Source: a bacterium
GTDB lineage: Bacteria; Patescibacteriota; UBA1384; CAILIB01
NCBI GenBank assembly: GCA_037131105.1
Contig: JBAXRQ010000001.1
Location: forward strand, 765,465 to 829,464
Length of the DNA stretch: 64,000 bases
Direction of reading: 5' to 3'
Part shown: positions 28,499 through 38,640 of the stretch, in pieces
Position numbering within the stretch: the first letter of the stretch is position 1
Layout of the letters: each line of letters begins with the position of its first letter
The notes under the pieces: model-generated
Databases searched by the model: none
Seen by the model: the letters and a program-made list of their open reading frames with translations, nothing else
Told to the model about the DNA's origin: nothing
Program-made: the position numbers and the translations under genes

Positions 28499-28741
28499 CC
28501 CGACAACGCTGAGCAGAGGAACCCTGCAGGCCACAGTAATTAACCACCTAATGCTTCAAGAGGTACTTGGGCGAAGGACACTGAAAGTGTTTTTCACCCA
28601 TGACCGATACCGAGCGCATAGAGCTCAAGATAGAGCAGAAGCTAAGGCCACTTATTGCGGACACTGCGGAGCGTATGAAGGTAGCAAGGGAAATCAATGC
28701 CCTAGCCAAAATCCTCATCAGCGCCTACCGGACACAAGCCC

Positions 28742-30319
28742 ATGATAAGCGCCAACCCGCCACAATCCGAACTAAAGCGAGCAATCGTCTACATCCGAGT
28801 CTCCACCAAGGAACAAGTTGACGAGGGAAACAGCCTGGCTACCCAGGAGCGGCTTTGTCGTGACTACGCCAAGAAACAGGGTATAACGGTCAAAGAGGAA
28901 GGTATCTTCAGAGAGGAGGGCGAAAGCGCCAAGACCGCCAACCGGACGGTGCTCAAGAAGATGATTACCTATGCCAGTCTCCATAAGAACGAGATCGACT
29001 GTCTGCTTATCTACCGGATTGACCGGCTAGCTCGGGAAACCAGGGACTACAGCCATCTGAAAGGCTTTTTCGGCTCACTTGGCATCAGGGTTATTTCAAT
29101 TTCCGAGAACTTTGAAGACGACCCTGTAGGCCGCTTTATCGAGAATACTCTGGCCGGCGTCGCCCAGCTTGATAATGAAATCAGGGCTGAGCGCAGCAAG
29201 AACGGCATGGTTGACGCTGTTCGGGAAGGTCGCTGGGTCTGGAAAGCCCCTCTGGGCTATATAAACGCTCGGGTACATGGCAAGAAGAACATTAAGCCTA
29301 ATCCAGCTGGCAATACGGTAACGCTCCTACGTGAAGCCTGGGAACTGGTGGATAGCGGCTTTTCTATCGAGGCCACCCGCCGCATAATGGAAAAGAAGGG
29401 CTTGGTAAGCGAACGAGGAAAAGCAGTCAGCAAGAGCCAGTTTCAAAAGCTTTTTCACCATCCCATTTACAAAGGGGTAATCGACAAGTTTGGCCTCACC
29501 ATTCTCAGTGACGCTATTGAACCCATCGTACCGCCAGAACTGTTTGATCGGGTGCACCTGAAGCTGACCGGCGCTTATCACTTCCCCGAGAAATACCTAA
29601 AGGCCAACCCTGAGTTTCCACTACGGGGTGTCATGTTCTGCAAATACGGCCACAGAATGACTGCTAGCGCCCCTAGAGGCAATGGCGGGCGGTATCCTAA
29701 GTACCACTGCCATTTGTGTCGAGGAGTAGGCACGAGCCACAATAAAACCACCGTAGAGACCCGCTTTAAGACATACATCAACTACATGAGCTACCCAGGA
29801 GAGCTCAAGGAGGGCTTAGTAGTGGCCATTATGGGAAACTGGGAGCAAGAACAGCAAGTAAACCGCAAGCAGATCGCCAAGCTCAAGAAGCGATTACTAG
29901 AGCTAGACGCTGAGGATAACGAAATAGGCCGCAAGAACATTGCCGGCGTCTTTAGCGATGAGCACGCCAAGAAGATGTTGGCGGCGAACAGCCTGGAGCG
30001 TACCAAGATAAACCTAGAGCTCAGTGGCTACGACTATTTAGATCAGGATTTAGAAGAAATGATTGAAGATGGCGCAAGCTCTTTGGAGGACATAAGCGCT
30101 TTGTGGGAAGGACTTGAGGACATCCACATCAAGCAACGGTTCCAAAAATGGCTATTTCCCCTTGGGGTGGTGTATGACGGAGAGAAATTTGGAACCAGCC
30201 AATTACCCCTTTGCATATCTATTAAAAAAGACCTTTCCAACGAAAAGTCTCTTTTGGTGGACCCCACCGGATTCGAACCGGTCGCCTCCTCGGTGCAAAC
30301 GAGGCGCTCTACCAAATGA
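28742..30319 (+). CDS. large serine recombinase; 3' end overlaps tRNA-Ala on the opposite strand
   Basis: VYIRVSTKEQ, ...RIDRLAR, recombinase and zinc-ribbon regions; the last ~20 codons are read through the tRNA. Confidence 0.8.
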   Translation: MISANPPQSELKRAIVYIRVSTKEQVDEGNSLATQERLCRDYAKKQGITVKEEGIFREEGESAKTANRTVLKKMITYASLHKNEIDCLLIYRIDRLARETRDYSHLKGFFGSLGIRVISISENFEDDPVGRFIENTLAGVAQLDNEIRAERSKNGMVDAVREGRWVWKAPLGYINARVHGKKNIKPNPAGNTVTLLREAWELVDSGFSIEATRRIMEKKGLVSERGKAVSKSQFQKLFHHPIYKGVIDKFGLTILSDAIEPIVPPELFDRVHLKLTGAYHFPEKYLKANPEFPLRGVMFCKYGHRMTASAPRGNGGRYPKYHCHLCRGVGTSHNKTTVETRFKTYINYMSYPGELKEGLVVAIMGNWEQEQQVNRKQIAKLKKRLLELDAEDNEIGRKNIAGVFSDEHAKKMLAANSLERTKINLELSGYDYLDQDLEEMIEDGASSLEDISALWEGLEDIHIKQRFQKWLFPLGVVYDGEKFGTSQLPLCISIKKDLSNEKSLLVDPTGFEPVASSVQTRRSTK

Positions 30320-30330
30320 GCTAGGGGCCC
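30255..30330 (-). tRNA. tRNA-Ala(TGC), CCA encoded
   Basis: Cloverleaf with G3:U70, anticodon loop TTTGCAC, T-arm GGTTCGAATCC. Confidence 0.85.
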
Positions 30331-30497
30331 ATGAGCGAGTCAAGCGCAGACCTGCTTGCAGGGATGCATTTGACGAGCGAATGGGCACGAGCCGAAGGCG
30401 GAGGCCCTTACGGCAAAAAGCAAAACACATGCACAAAGCCAAGAAAACCTACTCCCGACTCTTCGAGAGCATACCAGATTCCCCACCTGCCGGCAAC

Positions 30498-30707
30498 CTA
30501 GGACTGTCCCGGTATGCCGTTGGCGATCACCCAGTAGCCGGCCAGGATGGCGGCGATACCGATGAGCCTCCAGGCAGTATAGGTTCCGCCGGGGCCCAGG
30601 CGACGCTCTGCCCAGCCTAGATGACCGAAGATCTTTACGATCCTGAAGCAGTAGATCTCAATGATGACGCCGGCAAGGATGGCTCCGATTCCAATAAGAT
30701 AGTGCAT
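30498..30707 (-). CDS. small two-TM membrane protein
   Basis: Start at MHYLIG within the longer ORF; the upstream part overlaps the PrsW gene. Confidence 0.3.
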   Translation of the reverse strand: MHYLIGIGAILAGVIIEIYCFRIVKIFGHLGWAERRLGPGGTYTAWRLIGIAAILAGYWVIANGIPGQS

Positions 30708-30786
30708 GCTACCAGTATAACAGCAGGTGGTGGTCGGTTGGCAAATCCCGTACAATAAGAGCACCTTAGCAGCATCGGCATTCCTC

Positions 30787-31551
30787 ATGCCTGACATAGG
30801 CAGCGACAGCACCGTCCGCCTGGCGGTGATCATCTTCGAGCTCGTCCTGAGCCTCTCCCTCATCGTCTGGATGCGGCGCACCCACCGCAGCGTCACCGAG
30901 GACTGGAGGTTCTATGCCAAGCTGCTGTTCTACGGCGGCCTGACCGCCCTGGCAGCCGGCCTGATTGAGATCCGCTACTCTTTTAACCTTCAGCAGCTCC
31001 AGCTGACCGCCCCGGACGTCATGGCACGCTACGGCACCCTCTACGGCCTGCTGAACAACCTTTCCGGCAGCCTCATCGAGGAGCTGGCCAAGTACACGGT
31101 GGCCGTCTTCACCATCCTGAACGCCAAGCACGTGCACAAGCTGAGCGACGCCATTATCTACATGATCATCATCGGGCTGGGCTTCTCGCTGGTCGAGGAC
31201 GTCTTCTTCCTGCTCAATCCCGACACCATCGCCCCCTACCGACTGATCAGCTTCTTCGTCCATTCCGGTACTAGCGCCATCATCGGCTACAGCCTGGGCC
31301 GCTTCATGTCAGGCGTCATCAAGTACTGGGAGGTGTTCCTGGCCATCCTCTGGGCCATTACCCTGCACTTCGCCTACAACTTCTCGGTCAGCGAGACCTT
31401 CCAGTACTCCGGCCTGCTGGTAGCCTTCATCACCATCTACATCTCATTGCAGATCTTCATCCTCTTCCGCCGGGCCATCGAAGAAGAATACCGCCTGGGC
31501 CACCGGTTCCGCGGCGTACCGACCCAGCGGCTGCTCAATCTTCACCAGTAA
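30787..31551 (+). CDS. PrsW-family intramembrane metalloprotease
   Basis: EExxK (IEELAKY), FxxxH (FFVHSG) and HxxxN (HFAYN) motifs in a polytopic membrane protein. Confidence 0.6.
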   Translation: MPDIGSDSTVRLAVIIFELVLSLSLIVWMRRTHRSVTEDWRFYAKLLFYGGLTALAAGLIEIRYSFNLQQLQLTAPDVMARYGTLYGLLNNLSGSLIEELAKYTVAVFTILNAKHVHKLSDAIIYMIIIGLGFSLVEDVFFLLNPDTIAPYRLISFFVHSGTSAIIGYSLGRFMSGVIKYWEVFLAILWAITLHFAYNFSVSETFQYSGLLVAFITIYISLQIFILFRRAIEEEYRLGHRFRGVPTQRLLNLHQ

Positions 31552-31559
31552 CGCCTTCT

Positions 31560-32183
31560 ATGAAACCCTCAAGACTCGAAGCCCTGGCCGACGGCATCTT
31601 CGCCATTGTCATGACTCTGCTGGTATTGGAGATCCACGTCCCCCACCTTGAGGAAGGCCTCAGCCTGGCTACGGCTGCCTCCCATGCCATCACCGACATT
31701 GGACCCAAGCTGGTAAGCTTCATCGTCAGCTTCATGATCCTGGCTATCTACTGGAGCTCGCACCACATGCTCTTCGCCAAGCTGAAGGAGATAAACTTCA
31801 GGTTCATGTGGCTCAATGTCTACTTTCTGATGACTATCAGCCTCATCCCCTTCTCCACCGCCTTCATCGGGTCGTATCCACTGGTGCAGGCCAGCCAGAT
31901 ATTCTATGCTCTTAACCTGATAATCGGCGGCCTCATCCTCTTCCATATGATCAAGTACGCTGTCTTCCACGGCCGGCTGACCGGAGATGAGAGCGCCTCG
32001 CGCGAGTTCAAGATCAATGTGACCGGAAAGATTCTCTTCCCAGCCGCCACCTATCTCCTGGCCATCGCCGTCTCATTCTTTGAGCCGCGCCTCAGCCTAG
32101 CCTTACTGGTGGTGGGACCCCTCATCTACTTCATTCCTATTGATACGAGACTCTGGCAGGCGCTTACCGGGAGGGCACAGTGA
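31560..32183 (+). CDS. TMEM175/DUF1211 family membrane protein (putative K+ channel)
   Basis: Signature RLEALADGIFAIVMTLLVLEI at the N-terminus. Confidence 0.7.
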   Translation: MKPSRLEALADGIFAIVMTLLVLEIHVPHLEEGLSLATAASHAITDIGPKLVSFIVSFMILAIYWSSHHMLFAKLKEINFRFMWLNVYFLMTISLIPFSTAFIGSYPLVQASQIFYALNLIIGGLILFHMIKYAVFHGRLTGDESASREFKINVTGKILFPAATYLLAIAVSFFEPRLSLALLVVGPLIYFIPIDTRLWQALTGRAQ

Positions 32184-32509
32184 GCATAAAGCGTTGGCTG
32201 GCTACTGCGGTCCTTTCACTGATCGGCGGAGCCTGGCTTTCCAATGCCCTGAGTCAGGCCGAATGGACCTACCAGAAGGGAATATACCTCTCCAGCGGCT
32301 GGCCAGGCGGTTACAGCAGGAATCCAGGCCTCGGGTTTCCCTTCACCACTGGCAACAACCCTCCGGCCAGGTGCTTCTGCGCTATCGACCATAACTCCAT
32401 CGCCGATCTTCTCAACGCCATCTTCTACATCGCCCTGGTGTTCATCGTCATAACAGTCATTCAGATAGCTTGGACATCGTTACGCAAAACTATCACTGTC
32501 AGGCAATAA
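32180..32509 (+). CDS. small hypothetical membrane protein
   Basis: 109 aa, two hydrophobic segments; 4-nt overlap with the upstream gene. Confidence 0.4.
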   Translation: MSIKRWLATAVLSLIGGAWLSNALSQAEWTYQKGIYLSSGWPGGYSRNPGLGFPFTTGNNPPARCFCAIDHNSIADLLNAIFYIALVFIVITVIQIAWTSLRKTITVRQ

Positions 32510-32520
32510 CCCCACCCATT

Positions 32521-33261
32521 ATGGAACATGGCCACACCGTAGTAGAGAAAAAGTCCGCCGGCCACCTAGCCGCAATGGCTGCCCTTATCCTTATCCCCGC
32601 CCTGGTGGCCGGAGGAGGCACCTACGCTTACCAGCGTAACCAGCAGACCAAGTCAGAGAATGACCTCCAGGCCCAGATCACTACTTTGAAGGGCAAGCTT
32701 GCCGCTACGCCCACGCCAAGCCCTACCGCCAGCGCCACGGCCGTGATCTCGACTCCTGATACTACCACGGCAACATGGACCACTTACACCAACGCCACGT
32801 ACGGCTTTACCTTCAAATATCCCAGCACCTACAAGGGCGTAAAACAGTTCCTTAACCAGACCACTCAGAAGCTGGAGTCTTCGGACGACCTTCTGCAGCT
32901 GACCACCAACCAAGATGCTACATCGGTTGGGTCTGAAGGATGCAATGCCCAGTACGAGATGATAATTGAGGAGAACCAGGGGAAATTCGATACTCTGGGG
33001 GCCGCTTCGTATTATGAACATTTCACAGATCCAACCATTAAGACAGTGAAAATAGGTGGAAAGCCCGCCTTCCGCATCACCGGCACCAACAATGACCAGG
33101 TGGCGTATGGGGTCGTGGGCTCGAAGAATGAGATGGCCGTCATCAATATGGACAGCCATATACTCCACTTCAGTACCTGTGAAGGAGGCAGCACTACCCC
33201 TTATACGCCAAATGTCGCGGAATACGAGAAGATCCTGTCAACCTTCACGTTCTCGAAATAG
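32521..33261 (+). CDS. hypothetical membrane-anchored secreted protein
   Basis: N-terminal TM, Thr/Pro/Ser-rich linker, then a globular domain; terminator follows. Confidence 0.5.
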   Translation: MEHGHTVVEKKSAGHLAAMAALILIPALVAGGGTYAYQRNQQTKSENDLQAQITTLKGKLAATPTPSPTASATAVISTPDTTTATWTTYTNATYGFTFKYPSTYKGVKQFLNQTTQKLESSDDLLQLTTNQDATSVGSEGCNAQYEMIIEENQGKFDTLGAASYYEHFTDPTIKTVKIGGKPAFRITGTNNDQVAYGVVGSKNEMAVINMDSHILHFSTCEGGSTTPYTPNVAEYEKILSTFTFSK

Positions 33262-33275
33262 ATAGCTACGGAATA

Positions 33276-33316
33276 CAGAAAGGCTCCGGCGTTATGCCGG
33301 AGCCTTTCTGTATATT
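33276..33316 (+). terminator. intrinsic terminator (15-bp perfect stem)
   Basis: cagaaaggctccggc-gttat-gccggagcctttctg followed by tatatt. Confidence 0.5.
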
Positions 33317-33319
33317 GAG

Positions 33320-33671
33320 CGGTCAGTATCTTTTGGTGGGCGAACGAACCATATCCGCCCGTCAAGCCGTTGCACGTCATTATGCGCTTCGCGCCGCTTC
33401 CTGCCCGAGCGCAGGAGCGCGATCGTCGAGTTCTTATATGCCCTCCGATCCGACGCGGTTACTTCCGCTGAACGTTTATCAAGCTCTGGTGGGCGATGAT
33501 GGACTTGCCAGGTCAGACGGCAACGTTCGCTGAAGGGCTCACGAGCGAACCATCGACCTCGTCATTATGGCGGGTCAGTATCTTTTGGTGGGCGATGATG
33601 GACTTGCCAGGTCAGATGGCAACGTTCGCTGAAGGGCTCACGAGCGAACCATCGACCTCGTCATTATGGCC
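33320..33671 (-). repeat. three tandem tRNA-Ile 3'-fragment copies with a ~40-nt T-loop insertion (two 99-bp units at 33473..33671 plus one degenerate copy)
   Basis: Each unit, read in tRNA sense, is GCCATAATGACGAGGTCGATGGTTCG[insert]AGTCCATCATCGCCCACCA; the units differ by 1 nt. Confidence 0.6.
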
Positions 33672-33729
33672 GAGTTTCTATATACATTCCGATCCGGCCC
33701 GTTTGCCTCCTTGATTCATAGTTCTCTCA

Positions 33730-33806
33730 TGGTGGGCGATGATGGACTCGAACCATCGACCTCGTCATTATCAGTGACGCGCTCTAACCACCTGAGCTAA
33801 TCGCCC
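33730..33806 (-). tRNA. tRNA-Ile(GAT), CCA encoded
   Basis: GGGCGATTAGCTCAGGTGGTTAGAGCGCGTCACTGATAATGACGAGGTCGATGGTTCGAGTCCATCATCGCCCACCA. Confidence 0.85.
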
Positions 33807-33840
33807 TCCATGAGAGAACTAAGTTTTGAAAGATGCAAAC

Positions 33841-33877
33841 GATCAGTGACGCGCTCTAACCACCTGAGCTAATCAGA
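33841..33877 (-). repeat. duplicated 5' fragment of tRNA-Ile (acceptor/D-arm/anticodon-stem portion)
   Basis: Exact copy of tRNA-Ile nt ~5-36, lying upstream of the intact gene. Confidence 0.5.
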
Positions 33878-34039
33878 CGAGGAGCAATACTGGCGATCAT
33901 GCGTGCATGAACATCAGGATTGCGACGAGTCTGATATCAGAGATATCGCCCTCCAAAAGATACCGATATATCAAACTCGTTGCCGGCCCTTCGTAAGCAT
34001 CCTTCTCGTCCTAATTTGACCTTCCCACTCTACCAAAAA

Positions 34040-34084
34040 ATAAGGTTATAGGAAAGCCCCGGACGCTACGGCCCCGGGGCTTTC
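34040..34084 (-). terminator. bidirectional intrinsic terminator (10-bp GC stem flanked by A- and T-runs)
   Basis: gaaagccccgg...ccggggctttc; downstream of the 34098..34400 gene. Confidence 0.5.
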
Positions 34085-34097
34085 TGTGACATCGCAC

Positions 34098-34400
34098 TCA
34101 CATTGTCATGATGCGTACATCTTCGGCAGGAACGTTGAAGGCCTTAGCAAAGGATTCTCTGCACTTTTCCAGGTCCTCCATTACCTGGCGAGAGGCGCGC
34201 ACCCTTACTACAAGCCCCTGTTCATTCACCCTAATAGAGCATTTCGAGACTTTGTGCGACGTTAGGATCGCAGCCGTCATCCCTTTTGCTGTACGGGGAA
34301 GATTCAGCGTATAGCCTCCGAACGTTACGAACAACCCGCTATGCTCACCTAGTGGGCTACGCCGTTCCTTTTCTTTAGCTTTTAACGGATGTCGCGCCAT
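34098..34400 (-). CDS. hypothetical protein
   Basis: 100-aa ORF followed by a terminator. Confidence 0.4.
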   Translation of the reverse strand: MARHPLKAKEKERRSPLGEHSGLFVTFGGYTLNLPRTAKGMTAAILTSHKVSKCSIRVNEQGLVVRVRASRQVMEDLEKCRESFAKAFNVPAEDVRIMTM

Positions 34401-34421
34401 AATTACCCCTTTCAGAAAACC

Positions 34422-35153
34422 TCACCATGCCTCACTGCTATGCATGAACGGCCTGAGCGACCACAGATGGCTGCCCATAGGAGCCGCAACCTCAAAACCG
34501 GCAAAAGCCGGGAAGCTAAAATGCTGGCTGACGCTCTGAACAATCCGGTCATTCCACAGGCATCCGGGCTCACTTACAGGAAGCACGACGTGAAGATTGG
34601 TCTGGCGATTCATGCTAGTCAACACTTGTGTAAGCGCTTCGGGACTGCCTGGATCAAGTGAATAGTAATACGCCGCCGAGCCCCCCAGTATCATGGATGC
34701 CGAGAGCAGGCGTTCCCAACCCATTCCCGAACAATCGAGAATACATGGTCCTGTCGTACCAGGGATGTAGTCTCGAAAGCACTCTTCCGCGCCACTCTCA
34801 CCATCCAGGGGCACTCCATCGTGGACACCCATAAGCCAGCCTCCGCAGAAAAAGATGCTGCGCCTGTGTTCCCGTGCAAAGTGCTCGGGTATAAGGCCAC
34901 TATGCAGCCGTTCTCCCCGGGCATTCAAGGGAAGGATGAAACGGACGTCCTGAACCTTCTGCCAGTCAGTGAGATGCGTGTCCAAGGTTTGGATAAGCCC
35001 TTCGTCTGGGCCAAGGTTGACTTCCCTCACCCCCCTATCCGTGGCCGCTGGGTGCAGCATTGCCCCTATCAGCCCACTGCTCACAGCACTTCCTACCGCA
35101 TTCACCACGATCAGATCATACTCATTCCTTACTATCATGTCGTTATCCCCCAT
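34422..35153 (-). CDS. hypothetical protein (possible Rossmann-like enzyme)
   Basis: 243-aa ORF; YDLIVVNAVGSAVSSGLIGA near the N-terminus. Confidence 0.45.
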   Translation of the reverse strand: MGDNDMIVRNEYDLIVVNAVGSAVSSGLIGAMLHPAATDRGVREVNLGPDEGLIQTLDTHLTDWQKVQDVRFILPLNARGERLHSGLIPEHFAREHRRSIFFCGGWLMGVHDGVPLDGESGAEECFRDYIPGTTGPCILDCSGMGWERLLSASMILGGSAAYYYSLDPGSPEALTQVLTSMNRQTNLHVVLPVSEPGCLWNDRIVQSVSQHFSFPAFAGFEVAAPMGSHLWSLRPFMHSSEAW

Positions 35154-35259
35154 TTCCTCTTTGTACCTGCTGCACAGTTAACCATATTTGCCATAGATTG
35201 ACAATGATAAGTGCCCAAAAGAAAAGCACCGCTATACATCTGCGGTGCTTTCAGGATAA

Positions 35260-35332
35260 TGTCCCCAGAAGGAATTGAACCTTCGATCTCCGGCGTGACT
35301 GGCCGGCGCTCTAGCCACTGAGCCATGGGGAC
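35260..35332 (-). tRNA. tRNA-Asp(GTC)
   Basis: Acceptor GTCCCCA/TGGGGAC, anticodon loop CAGTCAC, T-loop TTCAATT. Confidence 0.8.
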
Positions 35333-35433
35333 GGTGATAATGCTCTACCACTGAGCTACTCCCGCGTTCCAACTGCATAATCAGGTCCGACTATGCGGGA
35401 GACAGGACTCGAACCTGCGACCTTTACCACCAC
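35333..35433 (-). other. two halves of one tRNA in permuted order: 3' half (35394..35433), 27-nt spacer, 5' half (35333..35365)
   Basis: The 5' half GCGGGAGTAGCTCAGTGGTAGAGCATTATCACC and the 3' half GTGGTGGTAAAGGTCGCAGGTTCGAGTCCTGTCTCCCGCA have complementary acceptor (GCGGGAG/CTCCCGC) and anticodon-stem (TTATC/GGTAA) strands. Confidence 0.4.
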
Positions 35434-35505
35434 AGCGGATGACGAGACTCGAACTCGCGTCTTCACCGGCGAAAGTGAGGCTCTAACCAATTGAGCTACA
35501 TCCGC
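35434..35505 (-). tRNA. tRNA with atypical anticodon arm (4-bp stem with a mismatch, or an 8-nt loop TTTCGCCG); possibly Arg(TCG)
   Basis: Perfect acceptor (GCGGATG/CATCCGC), D-arm and T-arm (TTCGAGT); the anticodon region is CTCAC-TTTCGCCG-GTGAA. Confidence 0.5.
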
Positions 35506-35517
35506 AGTACGACTGAA

Positions 35518-35591
35518 TCGGGCTGGTGGGATTTGAACCCACGACCTCCTGATCCCGAACCAAGTGCGCTACCAAGCTGCGCTACAGCCCG
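35518..35591 (-). tRNA. tRNA-Pro(CGG)
   Basis: CGGGCTGTAGCGCAGCTTGGTAGCGCACTTGGTTCGGGATCAGG...; C1:G72; anticodon loop TTCGGGA. Confidence 0.8.
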
Positions 35592-35603
35592 AACAAACGA
35601 CCA

Positions 35604-35675
35604 AGGAGGGGGCAGGATTCGAACCTGCGATAACACACCATGAATGTGTGCCTTGGCCCACTAGGCGACCCCTCC
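35604..35675 (-). tRNA. tRNA-Met/Ile2(CAT), elongator type
   Basis: Acceptor GGAGGGG/CCCCTCC, anticodon loop TTCATGG; the anticodon stem ACACA/TGTGT is not initiator-like. Confidence 0.75.
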
Positions 35676-35870
35676 CTTTGCCTTATAAACTTCAAAAGGC
35701 TCTTGCCCCTTCATATTTGAAGAGATAAGAGCCCCTTGAAGGGACTTCGACAAGAGAGCATCAAACATTCTGGATGTTGCAGTGAACCGCCATCGCATAT
35801 GGAATGCGACCGACCTGGATAATGGAATACTGGGTTAGACTTACGTCTACCCAACCATTATCGTTCCTTT

Positions 35871-37650
<1,780 letters not shown>

Positions 37651-37873
37651 ATTGGTTGAGAACTCATTCGGACGTGGCGTCCTCAGAGTTTTTCAAGTGT
37701 GGCATTTCACCTCACTAGTTTTATAAAAACAAAAGAATTTTTGGTTCACTGCAACATTCAAAGTGTTTTGAAACACTCTACTTGTCTGCTGCCAAATTAT
37801 CAATGATCAAAGTCTGCTGCTTCGGAATTAAAAAACCGATACTCGCGTACCGATTTCTCTCAGCAGCACAGTT

Positions 37874-37902
37874 ACAATACCTGGTACTCAGAAGCATGTC
37901 AA
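37874..37902 (-). promoter_or_regulatory. candidate rRNA promoter TTGACA-17-TATTGT
   Basis: Consensus -35 hexamer and 4/6 -10 hexamer about 230 nt upstream of the 16S 5' end. Confidence 0.35.
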
Positions 37903-37951
37903 GAGTTTTTATCTCTGACGTTCCAGAGTACCCAAAAGTCAGAGGTAAACC

Positions 37952-38608
37952 CTAGGGCTGACGGACGTTTCCAGATCCGTAATAGTGGTCCCCATGAATA
38001 GGACTGCCCACTGCTGGGTAGATTCTGGCATTGCTACCGTAGCCATAGTCGAAGCCCTGGTGACCGCAGTAGCCGTTGACGTTGGCGATATCGACGGCGG
38101 AGCTACTAGTATTTTCCAGCCGCGCCCAGACAGCGAAGGAGCCCTCAAGCGCGCTACCGGTCTCTTGGCTGAAGGTGGCGTTGGACTTGCAGCGCAGAAG
38201 GACGTAGTCGGTTTGCCCCGCCACCCCAAGAGTGGTCCCGGTGGCTGAGGGGTCAAGGGCGATCCCAGCGGTAACACCGGCATCCATCAGAGTCTGGGCA
38301 ATGCTTTTGGCGCCATACCCTTGGCCGCCCTCGCTAGTACCAGCAAGATTCATCCTGCCGTAGAAGGCAAAGGAGGAAGTAGCGGTTGGCCTGGCTCCAG
38401 CTGCCGGAACATCTGAGTTAGTCAGCCGATAGCGCTCAATGGCCTGCTCATAGGTGCGCACGTCGCTCTTGCGACGGCTGTCCCGGGCGTTGATACGGGC
38501 ACGGCCTACCGATACGGTGACCAGGGTAGCCATAATACTGATGATAGCAATGACTACCATTAGTTCGATCAAGGTAAAGGCTCGAAGTCGCCGCAAGGGG
38601 CTGGTCAT
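37952..38608 (-). CDS. type IV pilin / pseudopilin (prepilin-type N-terminal methylation domain)
   Basis: RAFTLIELMVVIAIISIMATL N-terminal signature. Confidence 0.7.
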   Translation of the reverse strand: MTSPLRRLRAFTLIELMVVIAIISIMATLVTVSVGRARINARDSRRKSDVRTYEQAIERYRLTNSDVPAAGARPTATSSFAFYGRMNLAGTSEGGQGYGAKSIAQTLMDAGVTAGIALDPSATGTTLGVAGQTDYVLLRCKSNATFSQETGSALEGSFAVWARLENTSSSAVDIANVNGYCGHQGFDYGYGSNARIYPAVGSPIHGDHYYGSGNVRQP

Positions 38609-38640
38609 GCCGGAGAACTAGGAATAAGTCTATCCCCAGT

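Larger units (their letters stand above)
10800..30254. mobile_element. about 19.5 kb integrative element at tRNA-Ala carrying a DGR, two serine recombinases and helicase/nuclease genes
   Basis: Flanking 17-bp direct repeats of the tRNA 3' end; recombinase abuts the intact tRNA; XRE regulator at the distal end; contents are accessory/mobile in type. Confidence 0.55.

Noticed and set aside
30766-31970. Minus-strand ORFs 30766..31263 and 31569..31970
   Set aside because: Antisense to the PrsW and TMEM175 genes; acidic low-complexity translations without start signals.
35135-35326. 63-aa ORF (MAQWLERRPV...)
   Set aside because: It is the antisense or readthrough translation of tRNA-Asp and the adjacent tRNA fragment; there are no start signals.
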